This document shows, in pieces, positions 35,478 through 44,480 of a stretch of 64,000 nucleotides of DNA (position 1 is its first letter; each line of letters opens with the position of its first letter). Origin of the DNA: Dehalococcoidia bacterium. Lineage in GTDB: Bacteria; Chloroflexota; Dehalococcoidia; Lucifugimonadales; UBA3495. The stretch spans positions 3,007,024-3,071,023 of the forward strand of contig OY761558.1 in NCBI GenBank assembly GCA_963664725.1, read 5' to 3'. The notes under the pieces are model-generated. The model made no database searches, had not been told where the DNA came from, and was given only the letters and a program-made list of their open reading frames with translations. The position numbers and the translations under genes were made by a program.

Positions 35478-35544
35478 TGCTATCCCCAGTCTCTCCTCCT
35501 AATCTACCTCATCTTTCTGCACATTTCACCGTGGCTTTGGTTTA
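34284..35544 (-). mobile_element. IS630-family element no.3 (1261 bp), abutting no.2 at a shared TA
   Basis: TIRs are CTAAACCAAAGCCAAGGTGGGATGTGC (34283..34309) and GCACATTTCACCGTGGCTTTGGTTTAG (35519..35545), matching at 24/27 positions. Confidence 0.75.
35022..35045 (-). repeat. Hairpin mini-insertion copy 3 (in IS630 no.3): CCCCCG-TCTCCA-CGGGGG-CAGGCT
   Basis: Removing 23 nt joins ...SSCLNY to LHRLGFAFKRPKK in frame. Confidence 0.75.
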
Positions 35545-35602
35545 GGCTTTTATCACGGCGGTTCTGGTGGTTATTCGGGCAGCCGGCCAGGGCAACCCCA
35601 TT

Positions 35603-36854
35603 CTAATTTGCGAGGATGGAGGGCAGGTAGTCGTTGTCCTATGCGGCCAGCTTTCGCCTGGCTTTGATCGAGATTTTGGAATGCCGGTCTTGCCGGAGCA
35701 GGTTCAAGGCGGCAGGTTCAGGGCGGCGTGCCGCATTATCGCCATGTTCTCCGGTGCGTTTCCGGTCCTCACCCGGCTTTCGTCCTCCCGGAAGGACACG
35801 TCCAATACCCAATGCACCGAATACTCAATGCCCCTATGTCTTCGCGTCGCCTCCAGGAATCGCTGGGCCTCCGCTGCCAGGCTGGAGATGTAGTAACGGG
35901 ACTGCTCCGTAGTGCCGCTGTCCGTCTCACGCCGGCCCACCACCCGAATCACTGACCGCAACCCAGGCCAGTCCTGCCCAGTGCTCAGATACTCCAGGCA
36001 GGACGGGTTGCTGATCACCTGGCATTCTCTTCTTTCTATGCGCCCGTGCCCCTTGTTCAGGGTGGTGGAGTAGTCGTGGGGAACTCCCTCGTAGTCAGCT
36101 TCCTCCGCCCCCTCGAACAGGTCCCGGATGTCCTCGTACAGCCTCCCCTGGTTCTCCTTGACCGCCAGCAGATAGTTGGCCCCCCGGTCCAGGATCGTCC
36201 GGGCGATCTCTTTCTGGCAGCCCATGGCGTCGATGGTGACGATGCAACCTGACACGTCCAGTAGCTGGAGCAACTCTGGAATAGCGGTGATTTCGTTGGA
36301 CTTGGTATCGGTCCGGGTCTGGCCCAGCACCAGAGAGTTTTCCGAGGCCCAGGCACTGACCATGCGGATGGCCTCCTTACCCGACCTCCGGTCGTGGGAG
36401 CGGCACAGGGTCTTGCCGTCCACGGCAATCACCTGCCCCTGGGTCAGCCGGTGGACGCCGCTTACCCATTCCATGAAGCAGTCTCGGAAGCAGTCTCGGA
36501 AGCGGTCCGGGTCTATGCGGGCGAATACCCGGGCGAAGAGCCTGCCCCCGCGAAGGCGGGGGTGTCAGAGCAGGGGATGCCATTGGGCAACTCCAGGAAC
36601 CGGCTGAACCAGTGGACCTTGCACCGGGCGAACAACTCCACATCGTCCCATCCCTCGGCGCCTGGCACCACGGCGCAGATGGTCATGGCTATGATGTCCA
36701 GCAGATTGTGCCGCCTGCCCTGCGGCCTCCTGGGGTTCTCCAACCTGCCGAAATGCTCCACCAAGCTGATTCCCTCGTTGCCCCAGTTCCTCCCCACCCT
36801 CCCCAAACTGAATATACCCCTTGCCTCGCCCCCAGATTCTATCAGCCCCTTCAA
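35603..36854 (-). pseudogene. ISAs1-family transposase carrying a hairpin mini-insertion, a 14-nt duplication (TGAACCTG-CCGCCT-TGAACCTG near 35690..35715) and an in-frame TAG (35639..35641)
   Basis: Motifs: LENPRRPQGRRHNLLDIIAMTICAV, LPNGIPCSDT, VIAVDGKTL, TIDAMGCQKEIA, LLAVKENQ, VHWVLDVSFREDESR, then AA*DNDYL where relatives have W. Confidence 0.8.
36539..36562 (-). repeat. Hairpin mini-insertion copy 4 (in ISAs1): CCCCCGC-CTTC-GCGGGGG-CAGGCT
   Basis: Removing 23 nt restores GIPCSDT|FARVFARIDPDRF in frame. Confidence 0.75.
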
Positions 36855-37032
36855 TTTAGAATGCGTTTGCCCTGGGCAGCCGGCTTTCTAGAGCAAGCCT
36901 TTTTCCGATACAATCTTGCATAACGGATGGAAGTTGGACAACTTAAGGAGGTGTCTCAGGTATGGAGAGTGCGGTCGTTTGCAAGGAAATCGGCTATTTT
37001 AGTTAGGAGACTTATACGGCTTCGGGGCCTTC

Positions 37033-37305
37033 ATGGTTCTCTTGTTGCTAATGATGGCCGGGGACAAATTCGAATGGCTGCCACTGAGAACGAACTCCGC
37101 TATGCTGGTGGCAATTCTTCCTTACTCCGTGGTGGCCTGGGTTTTGATGGGGTGGAGGTTGATATTGCTTTGCTCCCTGTTGATGGGACTGGCAGTAATG
37201 ATGGTCTATTGGCTCAAGGCGATGGATGGCGCCAACGCTCCACTCGAATTATTATTGGTGCCGATACCTGCATTTGTCTTGGCAAGTATAGACTGGGCCC
37301 GATAG
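37033..37305 (+). CDS. Possible 90-aa membrane protein (uncertain)
   Basis: Hydrophobic ORF (MVLLLLMMAGDKFEWLPL...AILPYSVVAWVLMGWRLILLCSLLMGLAVMMVYW) in a lower-G+C patch. No clear RBS. Confidence 0.3.
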   Translation: MVLLLLMMAGDKFEWLPLRTNSAMLVAILPYSVVAWVLMGWRLILLCSLLMGLAVMMVYWLKAMDGANAPLELLLVPIPAFVLASIDWAR

Positions 37306-37349
37306 CGCGTTTCGCTTTGAAATGTGCTCTGAGCCACAAGAACTGTCCG

Positions 37350-37571
37350 ATGGCTGGGCCTGGGGCTCAAGTCTTGGCAATGCTCTCCCTGTTCCTGCCA
37401 ATGATTCTGATAGCCACATTCGTCCCTGGAATGCTGGACCTCAGCGAAATTTGGTCGGCGGCGTCCCTTACCATAATCGGTGTCCTGTTGAGTGCCGTAG
37501 TTGCGCAACCATTACGGTGTTTCTTTTTGGAATGGGTGGAGTTGAATCTGAATAAGAACGGCGATCGGTAA
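37350..37571 (+). CDS. Possible 73-aa membrane protein (uncertain; may be a frameshifted continuation of the previous ORF)
   Basis: MAGPGAQVLAMLSLFLPMILIATFVPGMLDLSEIWSAASLTIIGVLLSAVVAQ contains two hydrophobic helices. Confidence 0.3.
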   Translation: MAGPGAQVLAMLSLFLPMILIATFVPGMLDLSEIWSAASLTIIGVLLSAVVAQPLRCFFLEWVELNLNKNGDR

Positions 37572-37749
37572 CGGGCCGGGAGGTGGCGCCTAGAAAAACG
37601 GTGTAGCCAAAGGCTGACCGGAAGCCAGTATCTCGTGGGGAGTCACTGGTATGATACCTATCCAAGTCAGCCCAGGCGCAGGTATAATGCTTCGAAGAGA
37701 CCAGTCCATCGCCCACCGCAATCCCACGCTAGACCCACCGAGGTTCGGC

Positions 37750-38511
37750 ATGACCACCGCCAACACCACCGGCGAGACGCCCAAAGTCGGGCCACGTTTC
37801 CGGCTGCCGGACATACCAGACCGTGAGCCAGATGAAGTGACCCAGTACGACCAGATTACCAAGACCGGCAGCGCCCACTACCTGGCCCTACACTTGGGCA
37901 ACCCGGAGACCACTTTGGTGGAGGCTGACCGCTGGGTCGTTCCCACTACTGATTTCGACAAGCGCCGGGCCCGCTACCCCGATCTGCTGGTGGCCTTCGG
38001 CGTGGACCCGGCGTCTTACAAGGCCAGCAACGGGTACATCGTGTCGGAGCAGGGGAAACCGCCGGACTTGGTGCTGGAGGTGGCGTCGGAGAGCACGGGG
38101 GAAATGGACGTGGGTCCCAAGAGGGACTACTACGCGGCCCTGGGGATAGGGGAATACTGGCGGTTTGACGAGACGGGGGAGTACCACGGGACGAAGCTGG
38201 CCGGGGACGTGCTGGTGGGAGGTCGGTACGAGCCGGTGGAGATAGAGGAACTGGCCGGCGGGGTGTTGCAGGGGTACAGCCGGGCGTTGAACCTGAACCT
38301 GCGGTGGGAAGATGGTCGGCTGGTGTGGCACGACCCGGCCACGGGGCGGCCCATCGCAACCCTGGAGGAGGAGCGGCAAGCGCGCCTGCGCGAACAGGAA
38401 GGCCGCATTCAGGCCGAAGCCCGTGCTGACAACGAACGAGAATCCCGCATTCAGGCCGAGGCGCGCAACCGGGAGTTGGAGGAAGAACTCCGCCGGTTGC
38501 GGGGGAACTGA
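37750..38511 (+). CDS. Uma2-family (DUF820) endonuclease with a coiled-coil tail
   Basis: ATG at 37750 follows GAGG. Motifs: YPDLLVAF, PPDLVLEVASESTGEMDVGPKRDYYAALGIGEYWRFD. The C-terminal repeats RIQAEAR are typical of this family. Confidence 0.8.
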   Translation: MTTANTTGETPKVGPRFRLPDIPDREPDEVTQYDQITKTGSAHYLALHLGNPETTLVEADRWVVPTTDFDKRRARYPDLLVAFGVDPASYKASNGYIVSEQGKPPDLVLEVASESTGEMDVGPKRDYYAALGIGEYWRFDETGEYHGTKLAGDVLVGGRYEPVEIEELAGGVLQGYSRALNLNLRWEDGRLVWHDPATGRPIATLEEERQARLREQEGRIQAEARADNERESRIQAEARNRELEEELRRLRGN

Positions 38512-38865
38512 AGGTCGTGCCACAGGGGAAGACAGGCCAACCAGCTATGATCTATACTCGCGGCCTATAGACTCGCCTGCCACAATTCGAAAACGGTTCT
38601 GTCTACCGTCAGGATAGGCCTACCCCGAGAACCTGGAACTCTCCGCCAGGGCGGCTTTGTCAAAACTTACAGAGCCCCCAACCACATCTCGAAGATAGTT
38701 CCACCTACCGTGCACTCAGGCCCACCACACTGGACAAAATCAAGAACTTTTCAGATCAGGTTCGTTCTGGACCTGTAGGCGCCTCTGGAAAAGACGCATC
38801 GTGTTTTATCCATTGCGAGGCCGCGATCTCCACCCCCATCTTCATCTTCCTTGTACAACAAATTC

Positions 38866-38891
38866 ACATCCCACCTTGGCTTTGGTTTAGG
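38866..38891. repeat. Solo terminal inverted repeat of the IS630 no.3 type
   Basis: CACATCCCACCTTGGCTTTGGTTTAG is the exact reverse complement of 34283..34308. The nearer partner at 35519..35545 is less similar. Confidence 0.8.
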
Positions 38892-38908
38892 TGGGAGTCT
38901 GCAGGTAA

Positions 38909-40015
38909 TCAGAAATACTTGCGGTGAATCAGTTCGTTTATCGTTCGCTGTAGGTCTGCCAAGAAATTCTCGTCAATCGTGTCCGTCCACCAATGAGCGA
39001 TATCATCCCTGTACTCAGTTAGCTCCAATAGGGTCTTGTTGCCTGCCACAGCTTTGTTGTCGTACCTAATGCTGTCCCCTTGGTAGTCCAGATATTTCCG
39101 TCCTGCGTCTACCAAAGATTGCCACAGCCCCAAGTACTGGAGTCGCCGGTAAGTATCGTCTTTGTGCTCATCGCTGTATAGCGAGTTGACGAGCAACGCC
39201 AAGTGCGGGGCACCTATGTCCTGTTGCATAGCGGCAATCGCTCCAGTTATCTCGGATACCCTACCTCTGTAGGCTGCGGTGTCCATCGGCGTGGCTGTGC
39301 TTCCTCTCGCAGACATTGTAGGTCGAATCATCCCAACGAACCTGCCGTCGTCCGTCACAAGACCACTTTGATCCAGGTACTTGCGTATCGGACCGGACAT
39401 CCGTTGGCCGGCACGGATGCAGGCCAGTACCATGTTGACCTGTTGTTGATTATTGGGCAACTCTGGCCACGATCCATCAACGGTAGCCCAGGCAGTAATG
39501 AACTCCTCGCCCTCCCTACCACCGACCAGAATCGGTACATTCTCGCCATCTCGCTCAGCCACCTCGGCCGTAATACCGCATTCACCCTTGACCATCTCTA
39601 CTGGCGTCAGCTGATTGAATTCCTCAATTACTAGGTACACCGGTACTTGCCCTTTCTGCTGAGATTTGATCTTGTCATCGGTCTCAATGACCGAATGTCG
39701 CAAGCTGGGGCTGATGGCGTAATGCTTGCTACTCGTGGAGTTCACGAAGTAGTCCTCCAGATCTGAGGAGACGCACGCTTGCACCGAGGGAGAGGTATAG
39801 ATCGCGTGGTGGGGTTCGTCGCCGTCGGGTTTGAAATCAATCCCCGGAAACTCGAAAATTTGTGTCCGACAATAGCCGTTGACTATGCAATGAAACTCTT
39901 TGCCTCCCATGCCTTCGTACAAACGCCGCACTTCGGCCAGCGTAAAGTTCGCTTTCGGAGGAATTGGTTCGAGAGACTTCTGCCGATCAGCTACCGGACG
40001 ATACTTTCTTGTCAT
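38909..40015 (-). CDS. 368-aa protein with a C-terminal HEPN-like Rx4H motif (candidate abortive-infection/RNase effector)
   Basis: ATG at 40015 follows GGAGTAAAG. The patch is lower in G+C. The C-terminus is ...KTLLELTEYRDDIAHWWTDTIDENFLADL, in which RDDIAH gives the Rx4H motif. I do not recognise the N-terminal ~300 aa. Confidence 0.6.
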   Translation of the reverse strand: MTRKYRPVADRQKSLEPIPPKANFTLAEVRRLYEGMGGKEFHCIVNGYCRTQIFEFPGIDFKPDGDEPHHAIYTSPSVQACVSSDLEDYFVNSTSSKHYAISPSLRHSVIETDDKIKSQQKGQVPVYLVIEEFNQLTPVEMVKGECGITAEVAERDGENVPILVGGREGEEFITAWATVDGSWPELPNNQQQVNMVLACIRAGQRMSGPIRKYLDQSGLVTDDGRFVGMIRPTMSARGSTATPMDTAAYRGRVSEITGAIAAMQQDIGAPHLALLVNSLYSDEHKDDTYRRLQYLGLWQSLVDAGRKYLDYQGDSIRYDNKAVAGNKTLLELTEYRDDIAHWWTDTIDENFLADLQRTINELIHRKYF

Positions 40016-40082
40016 TGCGACTTTACTCCGACAGGAAGGGTTGGCAGCCGGCCAACAGCGCCCGCTCCAACTGCCCTAGGGC

Positions 40083-41040
40083 CTACCGGCGTTGCTGCGC
40101 CCCGGGGTGGGTGAAGTCCTGGGCCGTGCTCCATAGCCGATGGACCTCCCCAGCCCACCGGGCCAGTTCCTGATCCTTGGGGTAGAGGGACTTCAGGTCG
40201 TGAATGTCCCGCAGCAGATGGACCCACCAACGCTGCTTTGGGCCGTCGTAGCGGTGGTAGGCGGCGTAGAAGTCGCTGACCACCAATCCGGCGAAGGATT
40301 CGCCCAAGGCCTCATCCACCACTTCCTTGTTGCAGCCCCGCCGCAGGAAGCAGCGCTGGGTGGGGGTGCTGAAAGTCCGGACGTAGCCGTTGCGCACGTC
40401 CTGGCGCCAATCAGTCTCATCGGCGCGGACCACTGGACTGGCCCGGATGCGGCCCACAATGCACGCCAACTCCGGTTGACCCCTTCGGGCCACCCGTTGC
40501 ACCGCTCCGACGATGGCCCCAGGCTGAGGCGCAGTTGATGTACAGTGTGCAGATACTACTGGATGGTGCGCAACGGCGGCCGGCTCTCTTCCCGCAAGGC
40601 CGTAATCAAGCTGAGCAGATTCACACCCAACCGCTGCTTCCCCAAGGCCGCCCCCGCCAGGTCCCGCAGGGGCGCCCGGCGTTGCTCACACATTGGGCAA
40701 GTCAGGGAGATATAGACGTGCTCCACGACTTCCGCCGGAGCTACGGGCAGGGCGATGACCTCCCGGGTCCGCTGCACCCAACTGCCAGTAAGGCCGGTAC
40801 CGCACTCCGGACAGGACTCCAGCACGTGTTCCACCCGTCGGGTGGGCGTCATCCGCTGACGGGCGTAGCCGGACGGCCGGGGATTCCTGGGACTATTCTC
40901 AGCACCCTTCTCCGGCCCCGGTCCTTGGAGGGCCGCTGGCTCGATTTGGGCTTGATGCCAGGCATTCCCCTCGGACCGCCAGGCTTGGCCTTTCCTTCCA
41001 GGATCTCAATCCGCCGCTGCAACTGGGCGATTATATCCAA
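40083..41040 (-). pseudogene. IS66-family transposase remnant (N-terminal ~300 aa, in-frame TAG at 40556..40558, frameshift, 3' truncation)
   Basis: Recognisable pieces: leucine-zipper start IIAQLQRRIEILEGK, zinc finger CPECGTGL...CPMCEQ, RTIQ*YL, RADETDWRQD, VVSDFYAAYHRY. Confidence 0.75.
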
Positions 41041-41170
41041 TCAGACTTCCCGAGGGCCGACTTCCAGGTCGAGGCTCGTTTTCAAGTAGTAGGTTTACCA
41101 TAACTGACCAACTCTTGCCCTCTGCTCTTTCGACGACTTTCCGTCCATTTACCTCCCCAACGTTGAACTG

Positions 41171-41720
41171 TTACAGCGCCCGCAGCAGCTTGACGATCCC
41201 GTCGGCCAGCAGGTTGAAGGTGTCCTTCACCGCGCCCCAGCCCAGGATGTTGGTCGTGTCAAGCGCCACCTTCATGCTCCGCTTTTTCAGGTAGCCCGAC
41301 TCCCGGGCCAGCCGCAGGCTGGACTCGAATACCTCCCGCACCTTCTCGTGCAGGATCAGATGGGCGCGGAACACCTGCAGCGTGCTCTTGGCGAAGGGCC
41401 AGTTTTCCACCTCTATCCCCAGGGCTACCCCCGGTCGTGGCCGAGGGCAGGTCCTTCCAGCGGAGGTCGAAGTCGGTCCGGGCCTTGGCCTGGGCGTCGC
41501 TGACTTTGTCGTGGGTCTGCTGCGGCAGCGCCGTCGCCAGCAGGGTGGGCGGCGCACTGTCCCGCCCGTTGTCGGCGCAGTAGAACTCGGCGTCCAGGAA
41601 CAGGCGGCCCCGTAGCGAGACCAGCAGGCCATAAAAGGCCTCCCGCCCCACATGGTCCAGGTACAACCGGTCCGCTTCCGACAGACCCCTCTGATCCGAA
41701 CGCTCTCCCAGCATTCTCAA
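41171..41720 (-). pseudogene. N-terminal fragment of a DUF772-containing (IS5/IS1182-superfamily) transposase, frameshifted and truncated
   Basis: Recognisable pieces: FYGLLVSLRGRLFLDAEFY...GRDSAPPTLLATALPQQTHDKVSDAQAKARTDFDLRWK and ...VALDTTNILGWGAVKDTFNLLADGI. Confidence 0.65.
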
Positions 41721-41864
41721 CCCTCGCTATACTCCTTGACCCCAAGTATAAACCTCAGCCAACTCATGCCACTTTCCGGCCAGAATTCTAGTGTGGTGTA
41801 ACTGAAGTTAGTTGTAATAGTGTTGGCTATGAGGTATCCTTTCGATCACCGATTGAGGAGAGGG

Positions 41865-42959
41865 ATGATCATGGTGATGGGAAGGCCAATGCCGCCGCTG
41901 ATATTGGACGACACCGAAAGGGAAACGCTGGAACGGTGGGTTCGCCGTCCCAAGACGGCCCAGGCGTTGGCGCTGCGGGCCAGGATGATTCTGGGGTGTG
42001 CCGAAGGCCGCAGCAATACCGTGGTGGGCGCCGACCTGGGAGTGTCCGATGAGACGGTGGGGAAGTGGCGTTCCCGCTTCCTGGAACGGAGGCTGGACGG
42101 ACTGTCGGACGAACCGCGCAGCGGCCGACCGCGAGCGGTCACCGATGACCACGTGGAGCGTGTGATTACGCTGACGCTGGAGACCACCCCCAGGGACGCG
42201 ACCCACTGGAGCACCCGATCCATGGCCCAGCGCAGCGGGCTGAGCCACAACACGGTCAGCCGCATCTGGCGGGCCTTCGGATTGCAGCCCCACCGCACCG
42301 AGACCTTCAAGTTGTCGGCAGACCCCTTCTTCATCGAGAAGGTCAGGGACGTGGTGGGACTCTACCTGAATCCACCGGACCGGGCGTTGGTCCTGTGCGT
42401 GGACGAGAAGTCCCAGATCCAGGCCCTGGACCGCACCCGTCCGCTATTGCCCATGCGCCCGGGACAGGTGGAACGGCGCAGCCATGATTACCTGCGCCAC
42501 GGCACCACCTCGCTGTTCGCCGCCCTGGACGCCAGGACCGGCCAGGTGATTGGCCAGTGCCACCGGCGCCACCGGGCCGTGGAGTTCCGCAAATTCCTCG
42601 ATGCCATCGAGGCCGCGGTGCCCGCCGACCTCGACATCCACCTGATTGCCGACAACTACGCCACCCACAAGACGGCGCTGATCCGGAACTGGTTGGCCAA
42701 GCGGCCCCGCTTCCATATGCACTTCACACCCACCAGCGCCTCCTGGCTGAACCTGGTGGAGCGCTGGTTCGGTCTGCTCACCGAAAAGCAGTTGCGCCGC
42801 GGCGTGCATCAGAGCAGCGCCGAACTGGAGGCTGCCATCTACCGCTACCTGGAGGTCACCAACCAGGATCCAAAACCTTTTGTCTGGACCCAGACCGCCG
42901 ACCAAATCCTGGCCAACGTCGCCCGCTTTTGCCGGCGTACTTTGGATACAGGACACTAG
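41865..42959 (+). CDS. IS630-family transposase, apparently intact (element ends not resolved)
   Basis: Uninterrupted frame from the HTH region (ETLERWVRRPKTAQALALRARMIL) to the DDE region (VLCVDEKSQIQAL...LIADNYATHK...HFTPTSASWLNLVERWF). GAGGAG lies upstream. Confidence 0.85.
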   Translation: MIMVMGRPMPPLILDDTERETLERWVRRPKTAQALALRARMILGCAEGRSNTVVGADLGVSDETVGKWRSRFLERRLDGLSDEPRSGRPRAVTDDHVERVITLTLETTPRDATHWSTRSMAQRSGLSHNTVSRIWRAFGLQPHRTETFKLSADPFFIEKVRDVVGLYLNPPDRALVLCVDEKSQIQALDRTRPLLPMRPGQVERRSHDYLRHGTTSLFAALDARTGQVIGQCHRRHRAVEFRKFLDAIEAAVPADLDIHLIADNYATHKTALIRNWLAKRPRFHMHFTPTSASWLNLVERWFGLLTEKQLRRGVHQSSAELEAAIYRYLEVTNQDPKPFVWTQTADQILANVARFCRRTLDTGH

Positions 42960-43200
42960 CCGAGATTCCCCGGTCGCGAAGTAGCTGGGCCAACTGGACT
43001 TTGACACCCTCTTACCGGATCGTGTCGGAAACATTTTGCTGACTGGTCATATCCACGATTACACACCTGCAAGATTTGTGCGTTAGCGATCCGGGCACAA
43101 TACTCGCCCGGGTGAGGTGTTCAGACGTTCCCTGAAGTCTGGTTGTATCTCTTACCGAACGACGTGGTCTGTGCTCGAGATCGGCCAGCCTCGCATTTGG

Positions 43201-43563
43201 CTATTCGGCCGAAAGCATTGCAACGCCTCGATGAAATGCCCTCTGTGCGGCTGACCGTCGGCTGTCCAGTTCTGCAGGACGTAGCATCCGATTGTAGAAG
43301 TGTCGGTGCAATTGGTCCGCTGCCGCGATGTCCGACTGCCACGTTACATTGGGCTGTTGCTCTGCCAAGTGTCTGGCTATTTGGAAATAACCGCCGTGCC
43401 AAGGGCACGGCCAGTTGTTGACCTCCGCTATCGCGAGCAGGGCTTGTGCGACCGCTCCCCACAGCAGTTCGGCCGCAATCATGGTATTGCCGCCCTGGTC
43501 GAATTCTTGGTCTGAACGTCGGGCAAACTCCCTGCTGGCCGCCTGTCGTTCAGCCGGTGTCAT
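43201..43563 (-). CDS. PaREP1/HEPN-superfamily-like small helical protein
   Basis: 120 aa. AAELLWGAVAQALLAIAEVNNW...H...ARHL...AADQLHRHFY follows the PaREP1-type pattern (E..WGA....L.A.A......H.......LH..FY) as I remember it. Its start overlaps the upstream stop by 4 bp (ATGA). Confidence 0.55.
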   Translation of the reverse strand: MTPAERQAASREFARRSDQEFDQGGNTMIAAELLWGAVAQALLAIAEVNNWPCPWHGGYFQIARHLAEQQPNVTWQSDIAAADQLHRHFYNRMLRPAELDSRRSAAQRAFHRGVAMLSAE

Positions 43564-44291
43564 AATTGCTTCCGGGCGAGTTGGTCAGCCAGATTGACAA
43601 CGGTTTTGGCGAACAGCATGGCCTCGTCCTGGGTTCGTCCGGCTTCGTCATAAGCTCCACTGCGGACATCTGTTGGCTGTCCTATTGCAGCCGCGAACGC
43701 ACTGTTAAGGTCTTGACCCTCCCGGGATGCGGACTTCAACAGCTTGTAGATGCTCTCGCCCTCGGCAGGCAATGCGCCAGTGGCTAGGCCGACCACAACT
43801 CTGAGGTCGTCGTCCTGGTCACGGTGGGGCCATCCCATCAGTGCGGCGGTGGCGGCTATGGAGCAGACAATGCCACTGCAAAGGTGCTCGGTGGCTTGGG
43901 CTCGTTGGCCTTTCTCGAAGAGGGCGGTTGCAGTGTTGAAATGGTTCTCGGTTGCTTCCGCCGCACTCTCGTGGATGGCTTGACGCCATTGGTCGCTGAC
44001 TGGTGTCGTGAATCTAGCCAGGCCCTCGTCCCAACCCAGATGCGGTTCCCCCTCTTGTTCCGCTATTGCAGTGTTAGTGGCCACTGTGCCAGCATGTCCG
44101 GCATCTGCTGCGGCATCGAACTGACCCAGCAACCCCAAAATGGGGTAGCGACCAGTGTATACAGGAATCCGTCCCTGGATGTTAGTGCACAGTCTCTGCG
44201 CTTCCGCCGGGGAGAGTTCGCCTCTGGATGTTTCAAGAACCCTGCAGGCAGCGCGTATGATCACGTCCTGGATCTCGTCACGTACTGTCAT
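43560..44291 (-). CDS. 243-aa hypothetical protein, operon partner of the PaREP1-like gene
   Basis: Good coding composition. The central part ATALFEKGQRAQATEHLCSGIVCSIAATAALMGWPHRDQDD resembles the same helical module. Confidence 0.55.
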   Translation of the reverse strand: MTVRDEIQDVIIRAACRVLETSRGELSPAEAQRLCTNIQGRIPVYTGRYPILGLLGQFDAAADAGHAGTVATNTAIAEQEGEPHLGWDEGLARFTTPVSDQWRQAIHESAAEATENHFNTATALFEKGQRAQATEHLCSGIVCSIAATAALMGWPHRDQDDDLRVVVGLATGALPAEGESIYKLLKSASREGQDLNSAFAAAIGQPTDVRSGAYDEAGRTQDEAMLFAKTVVNLADQLARKQL

Positions 44292-44480
44292 TAGTTCACT
44301 CCTGATCCGCTGGCCGTTGCGTGGTGGCCACTTTGAATACCAGGATGGTTGTTTGACTAAAGCCCCAAGGACAGCCTAAAGCCGGGCACATCTCCCTGGA
44401 TTGTTGTCGTCGCGTTTCCAGACAGTAATATTCATCAAGCTCCAACTACCGGGACCTCGGGGATTGAGCCCATCTCATCG

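Larger units (their letters stand above)
35582..36884 (-). mobile_element. ISAs1-family element (~1.3 kb)
   Basis: Imperfect TIRs GCCGGCCAGGGCAACCCCATTCTAATTTG (35582..35610) versus the reverse complement of 36852..36884 (GCCGGCTGCCCAGGGCAAACGCATTCTAAATTG). Confidence 0.65.
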
